Shown: piece by piece, positions 26,385 through 38,200 of the stretch
How the letters are laid out: every line of letters begins with the position of its first letter
Numbering within the stretch: the stretch's first letter is position 1
From: Cetorhinus maximus
Taxonomy: Eukaryota
Assembly: GCF_964194155.1 (NCBI RefSeq)
Contig: NC_135884.1
Coordinates: 46,500,001 to 46,564,000, forward strand
Reading direction: 5' to 3'
DNA length: 64,000 bases
The notes under the pieces: generated by a model
Database searches by the model: none
Told to the model about the DNA's origin: nothing
Seen by the model: the letters and a program-made list of their open reading frames with translations, nothing else
Made by a program: the position numbers and the translations under genes

Positions 26385-27022
26385 GAGCAAAATTTTCCCC
26401 CTCTCGGGGGTGGGGGGAAGCGTGGGAGCGGGCATGGGCGGGCGGCCTTCCGATCGGCGCCCCCAATCGGGGGCGCGGTGCCATTTTTCGTTGGTGGGCC
26501 AATTAAGGCCCGCCCAGCGTGATGTCCACACGGAAGCGCTGTGCAGGGGGGGAATGGCAAATGCGGAAGTGCGCTCTTTCGCACATGCGCACGAAGGAAC
26601 ACTCCGATCTCCATCAAACTAAGTGCTGCCTCAGGGAGCTCGGTTCCCAAAGTGAAAAAGTTATTCTCTCAAAAATGTCTCCTCATGTGACAATGTCGTA
26701 TGAGTTGGGACATGGACATAACTTTAAGTAAAAGTGAATCTTAATTTTTTAATTCAGTCACGAAACCTCATCCCGCCTGTGGATGAGGTTCATGCTTTTC
26801 CAGGTGGCCGCCAGTGCTCCCGACCTACCCGCCAGCCTTAAGGTTGGACGGGCAGGTCCACTAAATTGGTTTAATTGTTTTTTGAATGGCCTCAATAGGC
26901 CGTTGACAGGTCGGCGGGTACGCAACTGACTCGGCTGTGCACCCACCCCCCCGGCAACCTGAAAATGCAAATTTTACGCATCGGCAAGTGGGCCCCTGCT
27001 CGCCGACAGGAAAATTCTTCCC
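26385..27022. mobile_element. Harbinger-type MITE, inverted copy of the 5835-6520 family
   Basis: TIRs GAGCAAAATTTTC / GAAAATTCTTCCC, ATA duplication on both sides, and the same internal GAAACCTCATCC...GGATGAGGTT hairpin. Confidence 0.85.
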
Positions 27023-27074
27023 ATATTGAACATAGATAGGTGTAGCAAAGGGATGATACAGAAACAAAGGCAAA

Positions 27075-27250
27075 ACATTGCAGATGCTGGAAATCTGAAA
27101 CAAAAAATGATGGAAATAATCAGTATCAGAGCTAGTATTTCAGATCAATGAAAAAGGGTCCTGATGAAAGGTCATCATCAACCTGAAATACTAATTCTGT
27201 TTCTCTCTCCACAGATGCTGCCTGACCTGCTGAGTATTTCCACTGTTATA
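27075..27250. mobile_element. Palindromic Penelope-tail-derived short element
   Basis: GCAGATGCTGGAAATCTGAAA... followed by the opposite-orientation PLE tail TCTCTCCACAGATGCTGCCTGACCTGCTGAG. Confidence 0.65.
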
Positions 27251-28354
27251 TGTGGTACAGGAAAACCAGTCCCATGGTTCCACATTCCCAACAAGCAGCG
27301 GCACTGACGGGGAACGTTTCACAAGCACACAGTCCCACATTTCACCCATTAAAATGAATGAACAGAAAATCAGCAGCTGCGAGTCAATGATTTCCTATAA
27401 AGTGTTGCCTCATGAGGGCTGCTTCCTGGTGAGTTATCAGCCTTGGGGAGTCATGTTATAAGCATCCACATCAATTTATTGGAAATGTTTTATTTTTGTA
27501 TGGGCCACATTTTTAATAGCCTTTTAATACAATTTTAACTTCCTTTCAAAACAGTTTGATAAAATCAATCTGTAGCCATTTGCAAAGGCTGTTGTAATGT
27601 GATATGCAAACAGTATGAAAGATCAGTTCATTACTTTTAAATTTATAATCTAACAGATCTTCTGGCATTTATCATAGAGACTCAGAAATTGCATTCCTGC
27701 AAGAGAGAGAGAGCCAGGAAAGGATTTCACCTTTCCACTGAAATCATATAAAGAGATGTTTCCAAGAGATCCACTCAGAAATGGTAGGTGCTTTGTGATT
27801 AGTAATAAATAAAGTGTTTTCCTAACCCATTAAATAAATATCACAGAAATAAATCTCCACGTGTTGTATATAATGGGAGATGATTTTTTTTTGTTTAGGG
27901 CACAGATATTTTTAACAATGAATGCCAAGAAACATAAAAACATAAGAAAAGATTAACTAATTTGCATCTTTCCTTCCTCAGCACTTAACAAAATGTTGCA
28001 TTAAAGTTTATATATTATTTAGAGCCTTTCTGCAAACTTAAATAGCATTACAGTCCTTCTAGAGCTTACTATTTGTCTGTTTAGAAAATAGTTGCTTTTG
28101 AGTTCTGAGTATAAACTTATATAAAAGATTGTTTAAATCATTTTAATTACAATATTAAGTGTAAAGAACTGTAACAATGGATTCTGCACTTGCTAATTTC
28201 AGAGACTCAGCTGCATTAGCCTGATAGTCTGACAGTACTTGCTAGCTATATTTGTGGGAGATCAGCTCGTATGTGGCACATGCCAATTTTGATTTTTAAA
28301 CTATCTCAGATAAACATAAACTGAAACTCTTGTTCTGATATTTTGTTCAATAAA

Positions 28355-28690
28355 AATGCAAAACAGAAACTCGCCAAAGGACCTTTGACAGCACCTTCCA
28401 AATCCATTATCTCCACCACCTAAAAGAACAAAGGCAGCAGGTACATATGGGAACACCACAACTTGCAAGTTCCCCTCCAAGTCACACGCCATTGTGACTT
28501 GGAAATATATCACCATTCCTTCAAATGTTCCTGGGTCTAAATCCCAGAACTTCCCACTTAATGCACTACCTACACCACATTGAATGCAGCAGTTCAAAAA
28601 TGGGGTTGACCACCACATTCCCTGGGGTCATTAGAGATGGGCAATAAGTGTGTTGGTTTTGCCAGCGACACTCATATGCCTTAAACAATT
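28355..28690 (+). mobile_element. HER1-like LINE 3' fragment
   Basis: Homologous to 30985-31320 and to the reverse complement of the 5735-6740 LINE tail. Confidence 0.8.
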
Positions 28691-29224
28691 TTTTAAAATT
28701 CTGTTACCTGTAAATATAGCTTCCCTGGGAGTTTTGTTCTGATAACTGAAGAGCTTAAACAGGATTGCGGCCTACAGCTCCCAGTATCCACCTCTGCCTA
28801 CAACTTCGGGAAATGTTTATGATTAACAGTGCAGCTGATCATCCACTGAGAAGATCGGGACTTACTGCTTAAAAGCCCAGTTCCTTCCAAAGGTTACCTG
28901 GCCTGGCCCACATGTGACTCCAGACCCACACCAATTTGTTTGACTCTTAACTCCCTCTGAAATAGCTGAACAAGTCACTCAGTTCAAAAGATGGACGGAC
29001 TCATCTTTCCAGTGATGCTCACATCCCAAGAATTAAAAAACCTGTCATAGCATTTGGTCAAAAAGGTGTGATTTCAAGTCCCTATGTGCACAGTAACATA
29101 GTGGATTCATAGTCCTTGTGGAGACAAAGCCTTGTCTTCACACTTGAGGATACTGTCCATCGCATTGTGTAGCATTACCACCAATCTGATCTTCAGCTCA
29201 AACTAGACATCCTTGAGGCACAGA

Positions 29225-31325
29225 GGGCCATTAACAGCAGCAGAATTGTATTTAACCACAATCTGTAACTTCATGTCCTGGCGTATCCCTCACTCAGCCA
29301 TTACTATCAAGCCAGGGAATAACTCTGATTCAATGAAGAGTGCAGGAAAGCATGCCAGGAGCAGCACCAGGCATATCTAAAAATGAGGTGCCAATGTGGT
29401 GAAGCTACATGCTTCACATTAGGTGCCAATGTAGCAAAGCTACATGCATGTCCAACAGTGGAAACAGCAAGCGATAGACAGAGCTAAGCAATCCCACAAC
29501 CAACAGGTCAGGTCTATACACTGCAGTCCTGCCACATCCAGTAGTGAATAGTGGTGGACAATTAAACATCAAATGGAGGAGGAGGCTCCACAGATATCTG
29601 CATCCTCCACACATCAGTGCAAAAGACAAAGGCTGAAACATTTGGAACCATCCTCAACCAGAAGTGCTGAGTGGATAATCCATCTCAGCTTCCTCTGGAG
29701 GTTCCCAGCATCACAGATGCCAGTCTTCAGCCAATTCAATTCACTCCACATGTTATCAAGCACTGGATACACAAAAGCTATGGGCCCTGGCAATATTCTG
29801 GCAATAGTACTGAAGACTTGTGCTCCAAAACTAGCCACATCCCAAGCCAAGCTGTTTCAGTATAACTACAACTTCGGCAACTACCTCACAATATTGAAAA
29901 TTGCTCAGATATCCGCAAAAAGCAGGACAAATTCAAACCAACCAATTATCGCCCCATCAGCCTACTCTCAATCAACAGCAAAGTGAAGAGGAGGTGTCAT
30001 CAACAGACCAATAAGTGGCACTTACACAGCAATAACTAGCTCACCGCTCCTCAGTTTGGGTTCCGCTGGGGCTACTCCAGATCTCATTATGCCTTGATCC
30101 AAAATTGGAGAAAAGAGCTGAACTCCAGAGGTGGGGTGAGTGACTGCTCTTGTCATCAAGGAAGCTTTTGACCATGGGCAGCATCAGTAGCCCTAGAAAA
30201 ACTGAAGTCAATGGGAATCAATGAAAAAACTCGCCACTGGTTAGAGTTACCTAGCACAAAGAAAGATGGTTGTGGTTGTTGGACATCAGTTATCTCAGTC
30301 CCAGGACATCACTGCAGGAATTCCTCAGGGTAGTGTCATAGGCCCATCCATCTTCAGCTGCTTCATCAATGACCTTCCCTCCAAAGTAAAGTCAGAAGTG
30401 AGGATGTTCACTAACGATTGCACAATGTTCATTACCATTCGTGATTCCTTAGTAGTGAAGCAGTCTGTGTCCACATACAGCGAAAAGTGGGCCACATTCA
30501 GGCTTGGGATGATAAGTGGCACGTAACATTCAGATCATACAAATGCCAGGCAATGACCATCATCAACAAAAGAGAATCTAACCATCCTCACCTGACATTC
30601 AATGACATTACCATTGTTAAATCCCCTCAATCAACATTCTGGGTGTTACCATTGACCAGAAACTTAACTGGACCTACCATATAAATACTGTGGATACAAC
30701 AGTGACCAGAGGCTGGGATCTGTGGAGAGTAACTCACCTCCTGACTCCCCAAAACCTGTCCACCATCTTCAAGGCACAAGTCAGGAGACAAAGCCCACAT
30801 GACAAGTGATGGAATAATCTCCACTTGCCTGAATGAGTGCCACTCCATCAACGCTCAAGAAACTCAACACAATACAGGACAAAGCAATCCGCTCGATCGG
30901 CACTCTATCTGCCACCTTCGCTCCCTCCACCACTGGCACACAGTGGCTGAATAGTGTACCACATACATAATACATGGCAGTAACTTACCAAACCTCATTC
31001 AATAGCACCTTCCAACCCACAGCCTCTACCACCTGAAAGGACAAGGGCAGCAGACGCATGGGAACACCACCACCTGCAAGCAGCCCTCCAAGCCACTCAC
31101 CATCCTGACTTGGAACTATATCACCATTCCTCCATTGTCACTGGATCAGAAACCTGGAACTCCCTTCCTAACAGCACAGTGGGTGTGCCTACATGGGTGT
31201 GCCTACACCACGTGGACTGCAGTAGTTCAAGAAGATGGCTCACCACCACCTTCTCAAAGGCAGTTAGGGATGAGCAACAAATATTGGCCTCACCAACAAT
31301 GTTCACATCCCATGAATGAAAAACA
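29225..31325 (+). mobile_element. 5'-truncated HER1/CR1-clade LINE
   Basis: KAMGPGNILAIVLKTCAPKLA, GIPQGSVIGPSIFSCFINDLP and MFTNDCTMF motifs; 3' tail CACATCCCATGAATGAA. Confidence 0.9.
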
Positions 31326-31687
31326 AATTTATTGGAATTGATAATATTCAATACTAAACAAAGCCCATGTGGCAAGCACTCGTTACTGGTAAAACATGCT
31401 GCTCTTTCTGATGGCTATTTTATAAGTCACATCTAACAGCAAGATAGAATAATAACTGGTATAGATAACTTCTTCACAAAAACTATTATTGAATCAGAAG
31501 ACATCTCATGTGTATTTAAGCACTCAATCATCCCTGAACTCCTGTTGGTTTAATTTATAAGAGATGAACCTTTGGTTTTTGGATGAGGAAGTCAAAGGAA
31601 AATGAGGCAAGGATTTGACACTGGCTAAATTTCTAGTAAGTAGCATGGTAAAAATTTGGCAATTTTCAGAGATTGTGTTGAGACTAT

Positions 31688-32687
31688 TGTTATGATCCCA
31701 GCTAATGTTACTACTAGGCAAGCCAAATCCCAGGATGGAACTCGACTTGATGGATTCTAACTTTTTTTTCTTTAGATACGTGGAGAGTGGCTACTGAACA
31801 GAGTCACAGGAGTCAGCTAATGAACTTTTAACAAAAGCATAAGACATTTATTAAACAAGAAAAGATGAAATATTTTACAATATTCCTTCACCCACAACTA
31901 TCCATGTCAACAGAACACCACTGCTTCACATGCCCACAGTAAAGAGTTTCAGACCTTCACTATCCCCTTGGATCTTCTGGCTTCTCTCACGCTGATATTG
32001 CTTTAAATCTGCATCCTGCAGCTTTCTCCCAATAAGCTTACACCCTTCCCCTCTGCTCCTTCCTTTCACTTCCACAGAACAGGATCTTTTTCCAGATTCC
32101 TGTCCTCGTCCTTTGACTAGACTGTCCTCTTGTGACCTTTCCTTTTCCACTCCCTTAGATTTGGGAAGTTTTTAGTTTCTGGAACCTGCAGTTTCTTCTT
32201 CTGTGCCCTGCCTCTCTGGCAGCTGGCTTCAGCTTTAATTTGAGACTTGCTACCTGACCCTCTGCTGTCCAGCCTCTCTGGAATCCTGGCTTCAACTGAA
32301 CTTTGGTTTGGGACCAGCTATCTGTCCCTTCTAGGCTGCCTCTGCTGGCAACTTCTCCCAACTGAACTCAAACTGCTTTCAACTGAACTAAAACTACTTT
32401 TCTGGTTCTGTGGGGCCTCCTTCTCTGAACCCTTTTGCTAGACAACAGCACAGTTTTTTTCTACTTTTGTTTGCTTTAACTCCCCTTCAAGCTTTATAAA
32501 ATCTCCATTAAATGCAGGTATATTTTAAAGTGAAATTAAAACTCAACTTCTCCTTTTCTTAACGCACAAATACAGAAATGCAAATCAAACTTAAACATTA
32601 AAGCTAAAACTTAACATAAAGATATGCCTTATTCCTAACACACCCAAATACAAATATAACTTACTTAACTATCTCTATTTCCTAACA
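31688..32687. mobile_element. Solo LTR (~1 kb)
   Basis: TGTTA...TAACA inverted termini; flanks CTAT/CTAG (4-bp TSD, one mismatch); no coding capacity. Confidence 0.7.
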
Positions 32688-34757
32688 CTAGAACTGACTT
32701 TAAAATTGTTGTGATGAAAGCCTCCATTTCCTCTGTTTCATGATAAATGGTTTACTTGTTTTGACTCCAAGTCATTCTAGTCTCATTCAACGGCCGGAAT
32801 CTTCTGCACTTATAAAGTTCTCATTTCCAGGTCCCAATTCCCTCGCGTCAATGGTGTTCCAGAGCAGACCTTACAGGAAGTGGGCCACCTCCGTGTTTGC
32901 TAAGGCGTGTGGAAGAGGGACTTGGGATGGCACTCGGGAATGGTGAGTTGGCAACCCCACAGGGAGAAGGAGACGTAGGTGGTGCCTTAAAAAGGAGGCG
33001 CTCGTGAAAGTGTCCAACATCAGTTTACATTTAAAAAACACAAGACTCGGAATGCCCCAGACCGCGGTGAGGCAAGTCGAAGGCTTGCGGCTCCAAAATA
33101 ATATCAGCATTTCATTCAGTCTCCAATGGCGCTCGATCTGACCCCCCCACTAAGAGACTGCTTCTGAAGCATTGTGGGGCTCCTGACACAGTGCAGGGGG
33201 GATGGGGAGTGTGTTGCATGACATCAGGAAAATTCCAGTCACACCAGAAAATGGCCCTTGATTGAAGCTTTAATCATCCCTGCACCATTAGGGCAAATGG
33301 AAAAACCTCGGATATGGTTCCATAATAACCTTAGCATGAAATAAGTCATTGGGAAAATACAAAAGGATCGTTGCCTAACTGTCTTATTAACTTTTATTAA
33401 ATTATGAATATAATTTCGAAGCGTTTTTTAAAAAAAAACCTGCTGTGTGAGAGTCTCTTAGTCAGCATGGTGACAGTTCTAAGCTTCCATCCAGTGTGTA
33501 GGTGACCTCCATTTAATCTCAGCTCCCAGGATTTTGGGATCCAAGGGAAAATGAAGAGATGTCACATTTCTGTTTGGAACAGCTTTAAAGATGAAACCAT
33601 TAATCAAGGAGCCCGTGCATATTTGGTGCAGTTTTGTTTATAAAAATACATTTTTTAACCAAAGAAGCAATACACGCTCCATGAAAACTCGAGATAACAC
33701 TATTGTAGGTAGCTTTATGTTGCCATGTTTCATTAAAAGTGTATCTTCCTTGTACTGGCCATCCTATAGTAAATCCCAAAGGTTGCTTTAAAGCATCATC
33801 TTAATCCTTAACCACGATTTGCACATTTATTATTTTTCCTGATCTTTTCCTGGTCTGGGTCGATCTAAATCCAATTATATGTCCCCCTAATCATTCCGAG
33901 GGCTTCCCAGATAAAAGACTGGAGATTATGGATCTCACATTGACAGTGGCAAGATTGTTTACTTTAGAATCCACTTCTTGAGAAATGAGATCCCTTCGTA
34001 ATGAGTTATTGACCCTTCGTCAAGAATTTCTTTCATATTCAGGAAGTGCAGCTGCAGTAATAGCTACTGAGGCGTGATCCGGGATTATAATTTACTCGGG
34101 CGAGACACTGATGAGAGAATGTGAAATTCTTTGGCTTCCTAGGTTTCTGTCTGTCTGCGAGTCGACACTGTGGCAGGGGAATAGCAGCAATTATGCCCTG
34201 CAGTCAGACTATCTCTCGAACAAAACATATATCCGTCCCCTCGCGTTGAAGGAGCGTGACATCTATGTTCCTGCTTCTGGTGAACTCCTTCTTGTGGTAA
34301 ATCAGTGCTGCTGGTGACGGGTCTGTGACTGGGTTAAACCTTCAGGGCCTATTGATTACTTCATTTGACACTGCTTTATTATAGAATTTATTATAGAATA
34401 CAATGCTATAAAGTATTAGTCTTGTCACCTTAAATTACTGAGCTGCTGAGGTCACAAGGACTATAAGGTTATACCTGCCTCAGACACTTGTCGTGTTTAA
34501 TAATGCAAAACTCCAAATCAGGACTAAAGGGACCATGTTCAGCTCTGCACCTGATTCTCCCATGCCCCTTCAACAAACGTTGTCAACACTCTCCTCTTGA
34601 TGTACTCACCCATAAAATAAAGGCAAAGTCCACTTCAATACATGGAGCTTAAACTTAAAAAGTAGACAAGAGGCGATTTAAAGTGCAGGACTCTCAAAGT
34701 TTTCCTCTTTTTGGACTGTTCAGAGGGTTAAAGTGAGGTGGTTGTGCCTTCAGTTGT

Positions 34758-34985
34758 CTAGGCCCCAAGCTCTGGAATTGCCTCCCTACACCTCTCCGCC
34801 TCTCTACCTTTCTTGCCTCCATCAAGCCACTCCTTAAAACATACCTCTTTGGCCAAGCTTTTGGCCATCCGACCTAATATCTCCTTATGGGGCTCAGTGT
34901 CACACTGATTTATAATGCTCCTGTGAAGCATCTTGGGACATTTCATTGCCTTAATGGAGTTTTATAAATATAAGTTGTTGTTGTC
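34758..34985 (+). mobile_element. L2-type LINE/SINE 3' end
   Basis: P.LWN.LP-like remnant, TGTGAAGC..CTTGGGAC and a TATAAAT..AAGTTGTTGTTG tail. Confidence 0.7.
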
Positions 34986-35110
34986 ACCATATGACCGCCT
35001 ACCCCTCAACACCCACTATGAAAAATTATCTTAATTTTTCTGCATTCAAAGTAATTGGATATAATGGATAGCAACAATTAAAATGGATAAACTTAAAGAG
35101 ATAGACAAAC

Positions 35111-35296
35111 TACTGCAGATGCTGGAAATCTGAAATAAAAACAGAAAATGCTGGAAATAGTCAGGAGGTCTGGCAGCATCTGTGGAGAGCAACAGAGTTA
35201 ATGTTTCAGGTCTGTGAGTGGATCAGATTTTGATGAGAGGTCACAGACCTGAAAAGTTAACTCTGTTTCTTTCTCCACAGATGCTGCAGGCCTGCT
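35111..35296. mobile_element. Palindromic Penelope-tail-derived short element
   Basis: Inverted arms CAGCATCTGTGGAG...ACAGAGTTAA..TTTCAGGTCTGTGA and TCACAGACCTGAAAAGTTAACTCTGT...CTCCACAGATGCTG. Confidence 0.75.
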
Positions 35297-38200
35297 AAAC
35301 TAAATAGAAAATGATTATGATCCAATAATAATTTTTAAAGAAGTGAAGAGCATTTTCTAGAAAAGAAGAGAGTGGTGGTGAATGGTTGTTTACAGAGAGT
35401 AGTGGTGAACAGTTAACAGAGATTAGGGGTGAATGGTCATTTACTGAGAGTGATGGTGAACAGTTGTTTACAGGAATTAGTGGTGAAAAGTCTATGGAGA
35501 GCAGTGGTGAATGGTTGTCTACAGAGTGTAATGGTGAATGGTTGTTTACAGAGAGTAGTGGTGAACAGTTATCTACAGAGTGTAGTGGTGAAAGGTTTAC
35601 GGAATGTAGTGGTGAATGGTTGTTCACAGGGAGTAGTGGTCAACAGTTTAAAGAGAGTAGTGGTGAATGGTTGTTTGCAGTGAGTAGTCGTGAATGGTTG
35701 TTTACAGGGAGCACTGGTGAACAGTTGTTTACAGAGAGTAGTGGTGAATATTTATTTACAGAGAGTAGTGCTGAACAGTTGTTTACAGAGAGCACTGGTG
35801 AACAATTGTTTACAGAGAGTAGTGGTGAACAGTTTACAGAAAGTAGTGGTGAACAGCTGTGTACAGAAAGTAGTGGTGAACAGCAGTTTACGGAGAGTAG
35901 CAGTTGTGTACAGAAATTAGTGCTGAACGGCAGTTTACAAAGAGAAGTGGCAAATGGGTCTTTACAGAGAGTACTGGTGAACAGCTGTTTACAGAGAGTT
36001 GTGGTGAACAGTTGTTTACAGAGAGTAGTGCTGAACAATTGTTTACAGAGAGTAGTGGTGAACAGTTGTTTAAAAATAGTGGTGGATAGTTGCTTACAGA
36101 AAATAGTGGTGAATGGGTGTTTACAGAGGTTAGTGGGAAGACTTTACAGAAAGTAGTTGTGAACAGTTGTTCACAGAGAGTACTGGTGAGTGTTTGTTTA
36201 CAGAGAATAATGGTGAATGGTTGTTGACTGAGAGTAGAGGTAAGAAGTTGTTTACAGATTGTAGTGGTAAAAAGCAGTTTACAATGTGTAATGTTGAACA
36301 GCTGTTTAAAGAGAGTAGTGGAGAATAGTAGTTTATAGAGAGTAGTGGTGAATACTTGTTTACAGAGATTAGTGATGAACGGTTGCTTACAGAGAGTAGT
36401 GGTGAACATTTGTTTGCAGAGAGTAGTTGTGAATGGTCGTTTAAAGAGAGTAGTGGTGAACAGCAGTTTACAGAGAGTAGTGGGGATTGGTTGTTTACGG
36501 TGAATGGTGGTGAACGGTTGTTTACAGAGAGTATTGATGAACAGTTGTTTACAGACTGTAGTGCTGAATGGTTGTTTACAGACAGTAGTGGTGAAGAGTC
36601 ATTTACAGAGATTTGTGATGAACATTTGTTTACAGAGAGTAGTGGTGAATGGTCATCTACAGAGAGTAGTGGTGAATGGTTGTTTACAGAGAGTAGTGGT
36701 GAACAGTTTACAAAGTGTAGTGGTGAATGGTTGTTTACAGAGAGTAGTGGTGAATAGTTTACAAAGAGTAGTGGTGAATGGTTGTTTGCAGAGAGTAATG
36801 GTGAACAGTTCTTTATACAGAATACTGGTGAACGGTGGATAACAGAAACTTCTGAGCAGTTGTTTAAACAGAGTAGTGGTGAAAGTTTTTTACAGAGAGT
36901 ACTTCTCAGCGGTTGTTTACACAGAGTAGTGCCGAACAGTTGTTTACATGGAGTAGTGGTGAACAGTGGTTCACAGAGACTTGTGAACAGATGTTTATAT
37001 AGAGTAGTAGTGAATGGTTGTTCACAGAGAGTAGTGCCAAACGGTTGTTTACAGAGAGTAATGGTGAATGGTTGTTTACAGAGAGTAGTGGTGAACAATT
37101 GATTACAGAGAGAAGTGGTAAGTACTTTACAGAGTAGCAGTGACCAGTTTACAGAGAGTAGTGTGCACAGTTGTTCACAGAGAGTACGCGTGAATGGTTG
37201 TTTACAGAGAGTATTGGTGAACGGTTGCTGACAGAGAGTAGTGGTGAACGGTTGCTGACAGAGTAGTGGTGAACGGTTGCTGACAGAGAGTAGTGGTGAA
37301 CGGTTGCTGACAGAGAGTAGTGGTGAATGGTTATTTTACACAGAGTAGTGGTGAATGTTTTGTTACAGAGAGTATGGTTGAACGTTTGTTTACAAACAGT
37401 AGTGTTGAACAGTTGTTTACAGAGAGGAGTGGTAAACAGTTGTTTACAGAGAGTAGTGGCAAATGATTGTTTACAGAGAGTAGTGATGAACAGTTGTTTA
37501 CATGGAGTTGTGGAGAAGAGTTGTTAACAGAGAGTAGTGGAGAACGGTTGTTTACAGAAAGTAGTGGTAAATGGCTGTTTACAGAGAGAAGTGGTGATCA
37601 GTTGTTTACAGATAGTAATCATGAATGCTTTTCTACAGAGAGTAACGGTGAACGGTTGTTTAGAGAGAGTATTCGTGAGCAGTTATTTACAGAAAGTAGT
37701 GGTGAACTGCTGTTCACAGAGTGTAGTGGTGATCAGTTGTTTACAGAGAGTAGTGTTGAACAACTGTTTACGGAGAGAAGCAGTAAATGGTTGTTTACGG
37801 AGAGTAGTGGTGTACAGTTGCTTACAGATAGTAGTGGTGGACATTTCATTATAGAGAGTAGTGGTTTATGTTTTTTACAGAGGTTAGTGGTGAATGGATG
37901 TTTGCAGAGGGCAGTAGTGAATGATCATCTACACAGAGTAGTGTTGAACAGTTGTTTACATAGAGTAATGGTGAACGGTTACTTACAGAGAGTAGTGCTG
38001 AACGGGTGCACTCAGAGAATAGTGGTGAACAGTTGTTACAGAGAGTAGTGCTGAACAGTTGTTTGCAGAAATAAGTGGTGAACATTGGTTTACAGAGAAT
38101 AGTGGTGAATGGTTGTTTACAGAGTGTAGTGATCAACAGTTGTTTACAGAGAGTAGTGGTGAACATTTGTTTACAGAGTTTAGTGATGAACGGCTCTTTA

